Positions 53,701-64,000 of a stretch of 64,000 nucleotides of DNA are shown here, piece by piece. The number at the start of each line of letters is the position of its first letter. Within the stretch, counting starts at the first letter, position 1. Where the stretch lies: the NCBI GenBank assembly GCA_964016885.1, contig OZ024740.1, positions 263,128,001-263,192,000 of the forward strand. Direction: 5' to 3'. The DNA comes from Eledone cirrhosa (lineage: Eukaryota). Both the position numbers and the translations under genes were made by a program. Below the pieces are notes generated by a model. It made no database searches, was not told the origin of the DNA, and was given only the letters and a program-made list of their open reading frames with translations.

Positions 53701-54192
53701 GCCTGGCAGTGCTACCGAGGAGCCTTGCCAGTTCGGGATAAACTCTACAGGCATGGAGGTGCCGTCAGCCGGGCATGTCCGAGATGCGCGCAGGGCGACG
53801 AAACCGTCCTGCAAACACTCGTCCAGTGTCCGAAAATTGCTGACTTGTGGGTTTATGTCGAACACCTGCTGTCGCGTTTAGGACGGATCCAGCTATCATC
53901 TGAGTCTATCGTGAGGATTGCCCCGCCCTCCTCCTTTAGCCGGGAAGGGCAGGCAGTTTTTATCTGTCTGGTGGCCATGGCGAAAGAGATAGTATGGTGG
54001 ACACGTTTGAAAGGGCTGAAGACGAGCACTTACCTCTTCGGTGATGCTCTGATTGACTTTTTCAAATTTCATTTGAAAAGGAAAATCAGAGTAGAGAGGG
54101 AAGTGCTCTCTTCCCAGCATTTTGTTGAAAGATGGGTGAGAGAAGCAAGAATGGCCCGAGTGAATGGGCCGACTCTGAGTATATATCTGTAA
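50773..54192 (+). CDS. LINE ORF2 (1139 aa): APE endonuclease + reverse transcriptase + C-terminal zinc finger
   Basis: APE motifs SINARGL, ISET, VYAPT, GDWN, SYLDR, TDH; RT motifs KSPGLDG, FRPITLLN, LDQSKAFDRV, VRQGCPLS, YADD; C-terminal CPRC...ETVLQTLVQC. Confidence 0.95.
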   Translation: MTSLRIGSINARGLGSSWKQGHLLNDLRSLNIDVVAISETRISEARAFAPIFGGYDVYASPSRPGSGGGVAVLFRRGLDLAIRAIFLDPEGKLVVLDVTSGDGQAFRLVAVYAPTGAGRPDFFRRLETFLGTSRSLVLVGDWNGILDARWDCVGLADRGGGCKSLTNLLRRFELSDRYRLDFPNVPMWTWTNRIGSSRSYLDRVFCREIDRSSIGCPQFKIVSYTDHKFVTCVLDLDRLHRQGPGYWKLNASLPARKAYRDRISELVKRALTGAIVNNKWWFALKRAIRIESIRFSKALAIEKNRAEGELVRKLDEALSKGIATDVLAAKLALDQFFNAKHEGCVVRARVRALRHEGTKAVQWARVAEARRGNKATIRSLVDHDGRMLLDPGQMCEAFQRHFAQLFGGSGGPGRGMDFSVYLDGLPRLSATEAKCCEKPITAAEVKEAMTGCTRGKSPGLDGLPYELYVQMPDLFGGLLADVYCNWQQNGRIPSSVSRGAVALLRKDPNKGDNIDNFRPITLLNTEFKILAKVLAKRLALVVGGLVGEAQTCAIPDRSIHDNLHLMRYIVERVAREPGTGVSLINLDQSKAFDRVDHRYLAAVLRAAGFGPVFRGWIAAMHSDICSVVRVNGHLSEPFNIMRSVRQGCPLSSLLYVLTLEPLLHKLETLRGVPRELGCGRSVSAYADDVTVVVSNAKHIEAIGTTLREYEAVTGAMINQEKSVGLQLGTWRGRSMPSNSVVGRWTDGPVKLLGVWFGPDLQTDKNWDEVTSRVASLTQKWAERKLSLKGRAEVANAYIASVICYRLTVVPCPKPRLTALERLLFRFLWKGRAPMVRRSICCQHPLRGGLGMPWLMMRRHALRLRHLHLFLDGDQVWSPFARRVFPQLVSLTELQSWVKRRPRGSAWRLECLQALTALDQSGNVIGGNSTSAFYRGLVEGKSDDVLGETLGVDENQLANLFGRTFGPGPMDNFQKSLAWQCYRGALPVRDKLYRHGGAVSRACPRCAQGDETVLQTLVQCPKIADLWVYVEHLLSRLGRIQLSSESIVRIAPPSSFSREGQAVFICLVAMAKEIVWWTRLKGLKTSTYLFGDALIDFFKFHLKRKIRVEREVLSSQHFVERWVREARMARVNGPTLSIYL

Positions 54193-54451
54193 ACTAAAGG
54201 TGGAAAACTGGGAGAGGGCACTTGCCTTGGTGGTCAGGGTCATTGTGGCTTTTTACTGGGCTTTCTCCACAAATGTCCCTCCGAAGTCTCCCCCCTATTG
54301 GGGAATTTTTCATTGTTATTTTCATTGTTATTTTTGTTACATCCTCTGTTTTTGTTTTTTACACGCAGAAATGCCCATTTGTACCGTCCTGCATTGTCCT
54401 GCACTGTCCTTAATGTCTACTTTATGTAAACCCTTGTGGTTAATAAAGAAA

Positions 54452-54493
<42 letters not shown>

Positions 54494-54572
54494 TATTATT
54501 ATTAAATTATTATTAAAGTACCAGTAATGCACTGGGTAATTGCTGGCTTTGTGCCTAAAGTAGAAATAATTA

Positions 54573-54666
<94 letters not shown>

Positions 54667-55195
54667 TGTATAAATACTATAATCGTAATATTAATGGTTT
54701 ACTGATTTACAGGTTAATCTATAGCTTAATGCAGTAGTGGTAATCTTTTTCATCTCCTTTTTGAACTGTTTTTTAAAACTTTTAAACTTGGAAAGGTCAT
54801 TTTTTGTATTGGGTGTTCCTATTGTTTATCTTTGCGAATGAATTGTAAGCATTTTAATAAACTCCTATTAAACCTGTCATTCCAAAGAGGCAGAAACGGC
54901 TGTCAGTTCAAAATTGCGTCAAATCTTTGGTGCCATTTAAATTTTAATGTATATTTATATCAGCTCCTGATTATTACTGGAATTCTATAAGAATTCAGCC
55001 TCTATAATTCTCGGAAAAGGTAACTGAGTCTGTGGTCTTGATAAACGCTCACAAGCAAGAAACAGACTGTCCGTCGGCTGCTCTCTGTTGTTTTTGCTGA
55101 GAATAAGTGATATAGTCACTACTTTAAAACTCACAGTAAATGGTTTTCTAAATGTTTTTAATCAAACATACAGTATAAAATATACTATAAATGCA

Positions 55196-55233
<38 letters not shown>

Positions 55234-55236
<3 letters not shown>

Positions 55237-56990
55237 TTATATATATAAAGGCGAGGATGTGTGTGTGTCTGTGTACAACTTTGAATACGTAATGCTTTTA
55301 CAATTACCAACCGAATTTGACCAACTTTTCTGTGCCCGTTGCACAGGTCGCTAAAATGGTCACATCTTAGCGACCCACGTTGAGCAATAAAAAATCGATA
55401 TCAAAATTATCGGTAGCAAAATTGATGTAAGGGAGATAACCAACTTTATTGACAATCCTCATGAAAAAAGGGAGATAACCAACTTTATTGACAATCCTTA
55501 TAAAGAGAGTGAGATATGAAGACGTTCGTTTTCAATTTTAAAACAACAATCATCGTCGGACGAAAATTCAGAAATATAAACATCAGATTCATTTGAAGAT
55601 AAATCACTAATATTATCGTTTGTTTCTTGTTTATTCTTTGTTGCACTTACAAAGTTAAAAAAACACTTGTTGTTTTAAATTGTTTCACTATATTAAATGT
55701 TAATTTTCGCGTTAAGGGCCTAATCTCGCAGCAGTCTCCATTTGACGAGATTTTGATGATGGTTTGTTTATTTTTAGAACAATCCTTATGGAACTTTTCA
55801 TTCAAACCATTGGAACTACAGTTTTTATATTTTTAAAGTAATTTCGTCCACAGTAATTTCGTCCATTTTTAAAGTAATTTCGTGAGGCAGGAATTATCTA
55901 CGCTTCCAGCTGTATTCGTACACATCAAACTTTTTTGACAATGAAGGAACATACTGAACATGATTCTTCCTGGATGTTCACGGATATATAAATCTATTGA
56001 TACTGTATGTGATCCACAGGATGCGGTCAACTATCCAGTTGAATTTCTAAATCCTTTAAATCCTCCTGGTTTACCTTCTAATACATTGGTTCTGAAAGAG
56101 GGAAAGCCAGTTATTTTGCTGAGAAATATCACTCCTCCAAAACTATGCAATGGTACACGCCTTGTGGTTAAAAAACTGTCTCCACTTAGTATTGACGCTA
56201 CCATTCTATCCGGATGTGGAAAAGGCGAGGATGTGATAATAACAAAAATTAGCCTGACTACATCAGGCGTTGATACTCCCTTCTCCTTTCGCCGAACCCA
56301 ATTTCTCCTTCGTGTTGCCTTTGCGATGTCCATTAACAAGTCGCAAGGTAAAACTCTTTCCGTCACTGGAATTCACTTGGATGAACCTTGCTTTTCGCAC
56401 GGACAATTCAACGTTGCCTGCTCACGAGTTGGCACTCGAGATAATCTCTTTGCGTTTGTTCCGAAAAGAAAAACAAAGAATATTGTCTATCCTGAAGTGC
56501 TTTAGTGTTAACAAAAAAACTTATTACAGCTCTGCCTTGACTTCACCATACTCATTACAAAACAGACCAATGAATATGTCATGCAGGATATTTTGGATTA
56601 TAAGTTCAAAATTTGACCATACACAGCAAAGGTTGCTCTCAAAGAATAGATGTTCTCTTATTCAAATCTCATTGTTTTTTTTTTGTTTGTATACTAATCT
56701 GCTTTCATTACAACTTTTTGTACTTTAGCAAAACTGCCTGTTTTTTTACTGATTTGCAACATGTATTGACTTTGATCATTTGTATAACTACATCCTGTTC
56801 AGTGTTTTCCTTCATTATCAACATAGTTTTATGTGTACAAAGATTGCACCAAATATATTCGTTTGCATTAAGTATTGAAGACTTCTGCTTATTTTGACAG
56901 GTTGGGGACAAATAATGTTCTTCTTTTACTTCCTAGCTGTATATTCTTAGCATAATTTCAAACCCCGAAAAACGCCGGGTAAATCTGGTA

Positions 56991-56991
<1 letters not shown>
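55234..56991 (+). mobile_element. Internally deleted Helitron carrying a PIF1-like helicase C-terminus
   Basis: 5' TC(TTTATATATATAAAG) after (TA)n; 3' hairpin ACCCCGAAAAACGCCGGGT followed by GTAG (CTAG variant); helicase fragment inside. Confidence 0.75.
55960..56505 (+). pseudogene. Helitron RepHel PIF1-like helicase C-terminal fragment
   Basis: YPVEFLN.L.PPGLP..L.LK.G.PVILLRN...LCNGTRL, QF.LRVAFAMSINKSQG.TL, FSHGQ..VA.SRV, TKNIVYPEVL. Confidence 0.88.
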
Positions 56992-57025
<34 letters not shown>

Positions 57026-57076
57026 ACCCCTTTACCTGTTCCAGCCATCCGGCTGAGGCCATGCTGTGTCACAGCT

Positions 57077-57136
<60 letters not shown>

Positions 57137-57141
<5 letters not shown>

Positions 57142-57429
57142 CTTTCTTCCCCATTTCCTTAACATGTTCAACATCACCAACATTTTACACCAATACACAT
57201 TCCCCCCTTTGATAATGCATAAAATGCTGAAACCGATAATAGACAATTATTAAATATATAACTAAATAAATAAATGCCATCGTTAATTAATAAATAAAAT
57301 AACTAATACGTTAACACTTCACACAAAGTAAAATATTTTGTTTTAAGCATTTTCTAACCCAGAAAAAAGAGAAAAATAAAAGGAAAAAACTATATTTTTC
57401 TTCCTAATAATCGTCCTTTTCTCCCTATC

Positions 57430-57432
<3 letters not shown>
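57137..57432 (+). repeat. Solo copy of the PLE2 terminal repeat; partial inverted copy at ~60198-60302
   Basis: Similar to 21295-21600. Confidence 0.75.
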
Positions 57433-57482
<50 letters not shown>

Positions 57483-57488
<6 letters not shown>

Positions 57489-60167
57489 ATAAATGCTCTG
57501 AAATAGCGATATATATGTGAGTATAGACATAGAATATTCGAAAATATTCTGTATGTTTATAATAAACATTTTGAAGACCTAATCGCTATAGAATAGAATA
57601 CGTCACGTATTACAATTAGATTCTCGATAAAAGCAAGGGAAGTAATCTACGCGTTTCATTCTTGTTAGAATTCATCAGGACTACATATCCAGTGCTTTTA
57701 TCGAGAATGACACAGCTAGAGACTTATAGAATACTTAGCTGTGTACTGGAACTGGTTTGAAAGAGCGGTTGCCGGTCCGGCAGAAATTAGAAATTGGAAT
57801 AAATGCTCTGAAATAGCGATATATATGTGAGTATAGACATAGAATATTCGAAAATATTCTGTATGTTTATAATAAACATTTTGAAGACCTAATCGCTATA
57901 GAATAGAATACGTCACGTATTACAATTAGATTCTCGATAAAAGCAAGGGAAGTAATCTACGCGTTTCATTCTTGTTAGAATTCATCAGGACTACATATCC
58001 AGTGCTTTTATCGAGAATGACACAGCTAGAGACTTATAGAATACTTAGCTGTGTACTGGAACTGGTTTGAAAGAGCGGTTGCCGGTCCGGCAGAAATTAG
58101 AAATTGGAATAAATGCTCTGAAATAGCGATATATATGTGAGTATAGACATAGAATATTCGAAAATATTCTGTATGTTTATAATAAACATTTTGAAGACCT
58201 AATCGCTATAGAATAGAATACGTCACGTATTACAATTAGATTCTCGATAAAAGCAAGGGAAGTAATCTACGCGTTTCATTCTTGTTAGAATTCATCAGGA
58301 CTACATATCCAGTGCTTTTATCGAGAATGACACAGCTAGAGACTTATAGAATACTTAGCTGTGTACTGGAACTGGTTTGAAAGAGCGGTTGCCGGTCCGG
58401 CAGAAATTAGAAATTGGAATAAATGCTCTGAAATAGCGATATATATGTGAGTATAGACATAGAATATTCGAAAATATTCTGTATGTTTATAATAAACATT
58501 TTGAAGACCTAATCGCTATAGAATAGAATACGTCACGTATTACAATTAGATTCTCGATAAAAGCAAGGGAAGTAATCTACGCGTTTCATTCTTGTTAGAA
58601 TTCATCAGGACTACATATCCAGTGCTTTTATCGAGAATGACACAGCTAGAGACTTATAGAATACTTAGCTGTGTACTGGAACTGGTTTGAAAGAGCGGTT
58701 GCCGGTCCGGCAGAAATTAGAAATTGGAATAAATGCTCTGAAATAGCGATATATATGTGAGTATAGACATAGAATATTCGAAAATATTCTGTATGTTTAT
58801 AATAAACATTTTGAAGACCTAATCGCTATAGAATAGAATACGTCACGTATTACAATTAGATTCTCGATAAAAGCAAGGGAAGTAATCTACGCGTTTCATT
58901 CTTGTTAGAATTCATCAGGACTACATATCCAGTGCTTTTATCGAGAATGACACAGCTAGAGACTTATAGAATACTTAGCTGTGTACTGGAACTGGTTTGA
59001 AAGAGCGGTTGCCGGTCCGGCAGAAATTAGAAATTGGAATAAATGCTCTGAAATAGCGATATATATGTGAGTATAGACATAGAATATTCGAAAATATTCT
59101 GTATGTTTATAATAAACATTTTGAAGACCTAATCGCTATAGAATAGAATACGTCACGTATTACAATTAGATTCTCGATAAAAGCAAGGGAAGTAATCTAC
59201 GCGTTTCATTCTTGTTAGAATATTCTATGTCTATACTCACATATATATCGCTATTTCAGAGCATTTATTCCAATTTCTAATTTCTGCCGGACCGGCAACC
59301 GCTCTTTCAAACCAGTTCCAGTACACAGCTAAGTATTCTATAAGTCTCTAGCTGTGTCATTCTCGATAAAAGCACTGGATATGTAGTCCTGATGAATTCT
59401 AACAAGAATGAAACGCGTAGATTACTTCCCTTGCTTTTATCGAGAATCTAATTGTAATACGTGACGTATTCTATTCTATAGCGATTAGGTCTTCAAAATG
59501 TTTATTATAAACATACAGAATATTTTCGAATATTCTATGTCTATACTCACATATATATCGCTATTTCAGAGCATTTATTCCAATTTCTAATTTCTGCCGG
59601 ACCGGCAACCGCTCTTTCAAACCAGTTCCAGTACACAGCTAAGTATTCTATAAGTCTCTAGCTGTGTCATTCTCGATAAAAGCACTGGATATGTAGTCCT
59701 GATGAATTCTAACAAGAATGAAACGCGTAGATTACTTCCCTTGCTTTTATCGAGAATCTAATTGTAATACGTGACGTATTCTATTCTATAGCGATTAGGT
59801 CTTCAAAATGTTTATTATAAACATACAGAATATTTTCGAATATTCTATGTCTATACTCACATATATATCGCTATTTCAGAGCATTTATTCCAATTTCTAA
59901 TTTCTGCCGGACCGGCAACCGCTCTTTCAAACCAGTTCCAGTACACAGCTAAGTATTCTATAAGTCTCTAGCTGTGTCATTCTCGATAAAAGCACTGGAT
60001 ATGTAGTCCTGATGAATTCTAACAAGAATGAAACGCGTAGATTACTTCCCTTGCTTTTATCGAGAATCTAATTGTAATACGTGACGTATTCTATTCTATA
60101 GCGATTAGGTCTTCAAAATGTTTATTATAAACATACAGAATATTTTCGAATATTCTATGTCTATACT

Positions 60168-60177
<10 letters not shown>
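57483..60177. repeat. 310-bp hammerhead-containing tandem array (retrozyme-like): ~5.6 units (57483-59221), then ~3.1 inverted units (59218-60177)
   Basis: TTGGAATAAATG recurs at 57484, 57794, 58104, 58414, 58724, 59034; units look identical; flanked by (TA)n. Confidence 0.95.
59359..59447 (+). ncRNA. Type I hammerhead ribozyme of the 310-bp unit (also 59669-59757, 59979-60067 +; 57620-57708, 57930-58018, 58240-58328, 58550-58638, 58860-58948 -)
   Basis: ATTCTCGATAAAAGCA ctggatat GTAGTC-CTGATGA-ATTCT aaca AGAAT-GAAACGCGTA-GATTAC ttccct TGCTTTTATCGAGAAT; predicted cleavage after 59419. Confidence 0.9.
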
Positions 60178-60202
<25 letters not shown>

Positions 60203-60715
60203 ATAGGGAGAAAAAGACGACTATTGAGAAGAAAAAAATATTTTCTTCCCTTTACTTCTTCTCTTTTTTATGGGTTAGAAAATGTTTAAAACAAAATATT
60301 TCTATATATATATATATATATATACACTCAAACTCAAGAGTATAAACAAAGAAAGGACAAGACAACGAATGGAAACAAAACAAAACGAAAAACTAAAATA
60401 CAAACAAAAGACATAGAACTGCATGGTTATCGGCCGTTGTGATGGACTTGAGCAGTTTCAACCCCAAACAACTGTACTGCTGGTCCGGGGTCATAGTGCC
60501 TGACATAAGCCAAATGTTGTCCAGTAGAGTAAGCGACGAGAGACAAAATATTAATTTACAGATATTAAGCTACAAAACACAGAATTTTGTGTGACGCCAG
60601 GGAAAAATCTGGTGCACGGGATATGAATGAAAAAAAATGTAAACCTTTGCAAGATAAACATGTAGGTCACATTAGTAGATAAACGTAAGAAAATTGGCAA
60701 AGAAAGGACAACACA

Positions 60716-60763
<48 letters not shown>

Positions 60764-60796
60764 AATGGCGTGCTGTGCTTGTTGCGAATGAGATAC

Positions 60797-61473
60797 TTAT
60801 GAAGTAAAAATTAGAAAGAGATCCCGAAGCCTGGACTATCCTTCATCAGTGATCTACTGGCCATCATAGGTATTTCTTCGCATTAAAGATCATATACCTC
60901 TAGCCAGCGCGAACAATAACTAAATAAAGTTATTGGGATAAAAGAATTGGATGGAGAAAGAGAGACAGGTGAACAAACAAAAATGGTAAGGCAACGTAAA
61001 GAAAAGAAAAAAAATGCGAAATTCAAGTCAGTGATTCATTTGAACATAAGAACTTGCGAACACTGACGAGAAGACGAAAGACCCATCTGTACCTTGCGAA
61101 AAGTCAGTGAGAAAAGAATTTCGCACGGTGCGGACGTTGGAGGAAGTAATAGAGGGTGAGTAACAGAGAGTGAGTGAGTGAAAGTGTGAGGAAGAGGCTA
61201 GCCGAGAGAGGGTGACTAGCAGAGGGGGAGGATGAAAGTAAGAGGGAGAAGGAGACAGAAAGAGGATAGCAGAAACGGAAGAGAAAAAAGCAGGTCACAG
61301 CGAAGGGGAAAAGCATATATGAATGAAAAATGGCGTGTTCACCTGTCTCTCTTTCTCCACCCAATTCTTTTTATCCCAATAACTTTATTTAGTTATTGTT
61401 AGCGCTGGCTGGAGGTATATTATATTTAATGCGAAGAAATACCTTCGGCTTTTCTTTCTAATTTTTTCTTCAT
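60797..61473. repeat. Imperfect inverted repeat (60797-60975 vs 61336-61473), probable PLE pLTR relic
   Basis: Visible reverse-complement arms; the left arm has CTGATGA-a-GGA tag TCC on the minus strand but no GAAA. Confidence 0.55.
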
Positions 61474-61659
61474 ATATATATATATTATATATAGAGGGAT
61501 TGTAAAGTCCAGTAACTGAAGATTCATCAGAGTGAGCACTCGATGCTTAGTTTTCAGTAAGTATAGAAGGTGTAATACTTAGCAGAATGTAATAATAATA
61601 AAAAATCAAAAAGGACGATTCATTACATCGGACGAGCTTTTGATTCCAGATTCGGGATA

Positions 61660-64000
61660 AATCGATACACATGATGACAACGACGTAAAAGTTGAGAGGA
61701 GGGTTACGGCGAACACAGAAATTGATACAACAAACACCACCACAAACAACGTGAGCAAAGACAGCAATGGCACCAACACTGAGAACACTAATTTTGAAAA
61801 ATATGACCACACCAACCACAACAGTTACAGCGACAACCAAAATACAGACAACAGAAAAAATGACAACAAATGCAACAACAATATTAACACAACTAACATG
61901 AAAACAAATAGCAGCAACAATACCCACTGCACCGAGAACAACAACAACAACAACGGCGGCAACAAAGATATAACCAACTTCAACAGTGATAACAGCAACA
62001 ACGACAACAACACCACCTACAACAACAAGAAGAACACTTTAGCAGCGGCAGCAGCCAAAAAGATGCCATACTTCAGCATGGACTTCTCGAACAAAGATGA
62101 AAAGTTAGCACAGGCCTGAAAGCTCATGAAGCAAGAGCAAACCTGGGCCAACTTAACTGTCCCAGTAGAAGCTATTGAAGCAGTGGAGCGCAGAACGGTG
62201 CATTACAGATGCATCTCAGCAGAAACTAAGAGGGCAGCTTTAATTCCACAAGTTGATGCCGAAGTGGCGCTGAGGTGCATCAGGAATGACACCGAATACA
62301 TAGCAAGGGGCAGACAATACGGCATCATTACGGTGCTGTTTAAATCAGAAGCCCTCGTTATGAAACATGCTATGACACCTAGCAAGACCAGCAAGGTCAT
62401 AATGTACACCTCCAAAAAAGAACAGCCCGTCTCCGCATCCCCAGAATCCCACCAGGACTTGACATGTGGTGGCTTCTGGGATATGTGATTGTGGAGGGGA
62501 CGGATACCGTCCCTATAGAAGTGACAAGAACTGCGAAAGTGGACTGGTCCGGCATTGACCTGGAGATACTTCTCTAGATCAGGCCGGAGAATGTCAAAAC
62601 AATCCCGGACCACATCCGTTTTCAGAACGGGACGGTAATTTACATTATGATTAAGGGTAAAAGGCCGATTCTTTCGTTTGTGGGGAAAAAACACATTTGC
62701 GAACCTTCTGACCTCAACTGCTGAAAGATGCAAGGGGTTTAAGGGCTCCACTGCTGCGACACCGGGGTGAGGGCCATAACCAACACCAGCACCGGCAAAA
62801 CACCCAGTAACAACACACCACCACTAACATTGACCGACAGTGGGAAAACGAGGAAAGTTATCAACCCCCCCCCCCCCAAAAAAAAAAATACACACATCAA
62901 TAAAAACATAAACACACATACAGACACAGACACACTTACAGACACAGACCCCTCATCTACCAGTAGTGAAGATGAGGGAAAACCAAAATATCCCAAAATA
63001 AAAAATGGAAACATAAAAAGAAAAGAAAATCAACAAAACCCACAATAAGAAAGTGCAGACACCACCCATGCAAACATCTCCGCAACAGCACCAACATCAA
63101 CACCACCATCACCATCACCAGAGGCCCCCAAACGCAAACAACCTAAACAGACGCAAGAATAAATACACACATACATCTGAAACCACAGTCACCGCACTCA
63201 CAACATACACAGACACACCCGAAACAACAACATCAAAACCATCAGCACCAGTCACGCAAACAAATAAAATCACACCAACAAAACATACAAAACTTCGTGC
63301 TCGTCAGAAGTGCCAACATGTAACTGATGACCCTCGTAACACATAGTAAAGAAATACAAAAAGAGGGACACATTTTAAATCAAGCATATTTCGCGTACCG
63401 GAAGATTTGTTTCTGGTACGAATGTCGCTCGTTTTATACAAAGAGATATGAGACAGCTTTCCTCGACATTTTCGACGACTATCAGATCTTCGCATCTGTT
63501 AGTCGGCCGGGAATGGGAGGTGGGGTGACAGTGCTATTTAGGAAAGGCCTGGATATCTCGGTACGCTCGATTTTCCGGGCCTTTAGACTGGCCGCCTAAT
63601 GGGGCAGGACAGCCGGATATCTTTAGACGCCTGGAAGCATTTCTGGGTACGTCTCGCCCTTTACTCTTGGCGGGGTACTGGAACAGCTTCTTAGACGCAC
63701 ACTGGGACTGTGTGGGAGTATGAGATATGAGCGGGGGTTGCAAAAGACTCAAGTACCTGATCAGCCAGTTCCAACTGTCTAACAGGTACCGACAAGATTT
63801 TCCTAATGTGCCAGTGTGGTCTTGGACCAATCATATAGGGTCATATAGATCATATAGAGAAAGGATATTCATTAGGGAAATAGACAGAAATAGTGTAAGC
63901 AGAGGCGCAGGGTGGTAATAAAACCACAATTCGGTCTTTGTCGGACCAAGAGAATGTGTGAGGCCTTTCGCCAACATTTTGCTCGGTTGTTCGGGTGGAG
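61660..64000 (+). mobile_element. Third, more diverged and decayed L1/Tx1-like LINE (ORF1 relic + start of ORF2), cut by the window end
   Basis: N-rich N-terminus, RTVHYRCIS..EYIARGRQYG (compare TVTYRTVS..THITRGKKYA), FASVSRPGMGGGVTVLFRKGLD, DFPNVPVWSWTNHIGSYRSY. Confidence 0.8.

Larger units (their letters stand above)
48427..54515 (+). mobile_element. Intact L1/Tx1-like LINE (copy 2)
   Basis: 5'UTR, ORF1, ORF2, 3'UTR, AATAAA at 54442-54447 and (TTA)n tail; it starts directly in the (TTA)n tail of copy 1. Confidence 0.93.

Noticed and set aside
55960-56505. Host PIF1 helicase gene
   Set aside because: Intronless C-terminal fragment between Helitron-type termini.
61495-61545. CTGATGA on the minus strand
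   Set aside because: No downstream GAAA or closing stems.

Overview
Animal DNA that is AT-rich and saturated with (TA)n microsatellites. Nin/Deu-domain tRNA-SINEs and the repeat style suggest a cephalopod such as Octopus (inference). I see no host gene: the window is a transposon cluster. It holds three Penelope-like elements (PLEs: one intact 895-aa ORF, one single-frameshift copy, one decayed), a decayed R4/Dong-like RLE LINE, and a head-to-tail pair of L1/Tx1-like LINEs (one intact) plus a third relic. It also holds two Helitron-type relics, SINEs, a 19-20 bp minisatellite and ~2.3-kb TA-punctuated composite duplications. Hand-folding finds about 18 complete or near-complete hammerhead ribozyme (HHR) motifs in at least 4 unrelated sequence families. 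One family forms an apparently identical 310-bp tandem HHR array that flips orientation mid-array (retrozyme-like). The most novel signal is a 53-nt GT-AG mini-intron at the ORF1/ORF2 junction of both Tx1-like copies. Its removal would delete the ORF1 stop and ORF2 ATG and fuse the two ORFs in frame. All calls come from reading the sequence by eye; no searches or folding programs were run.
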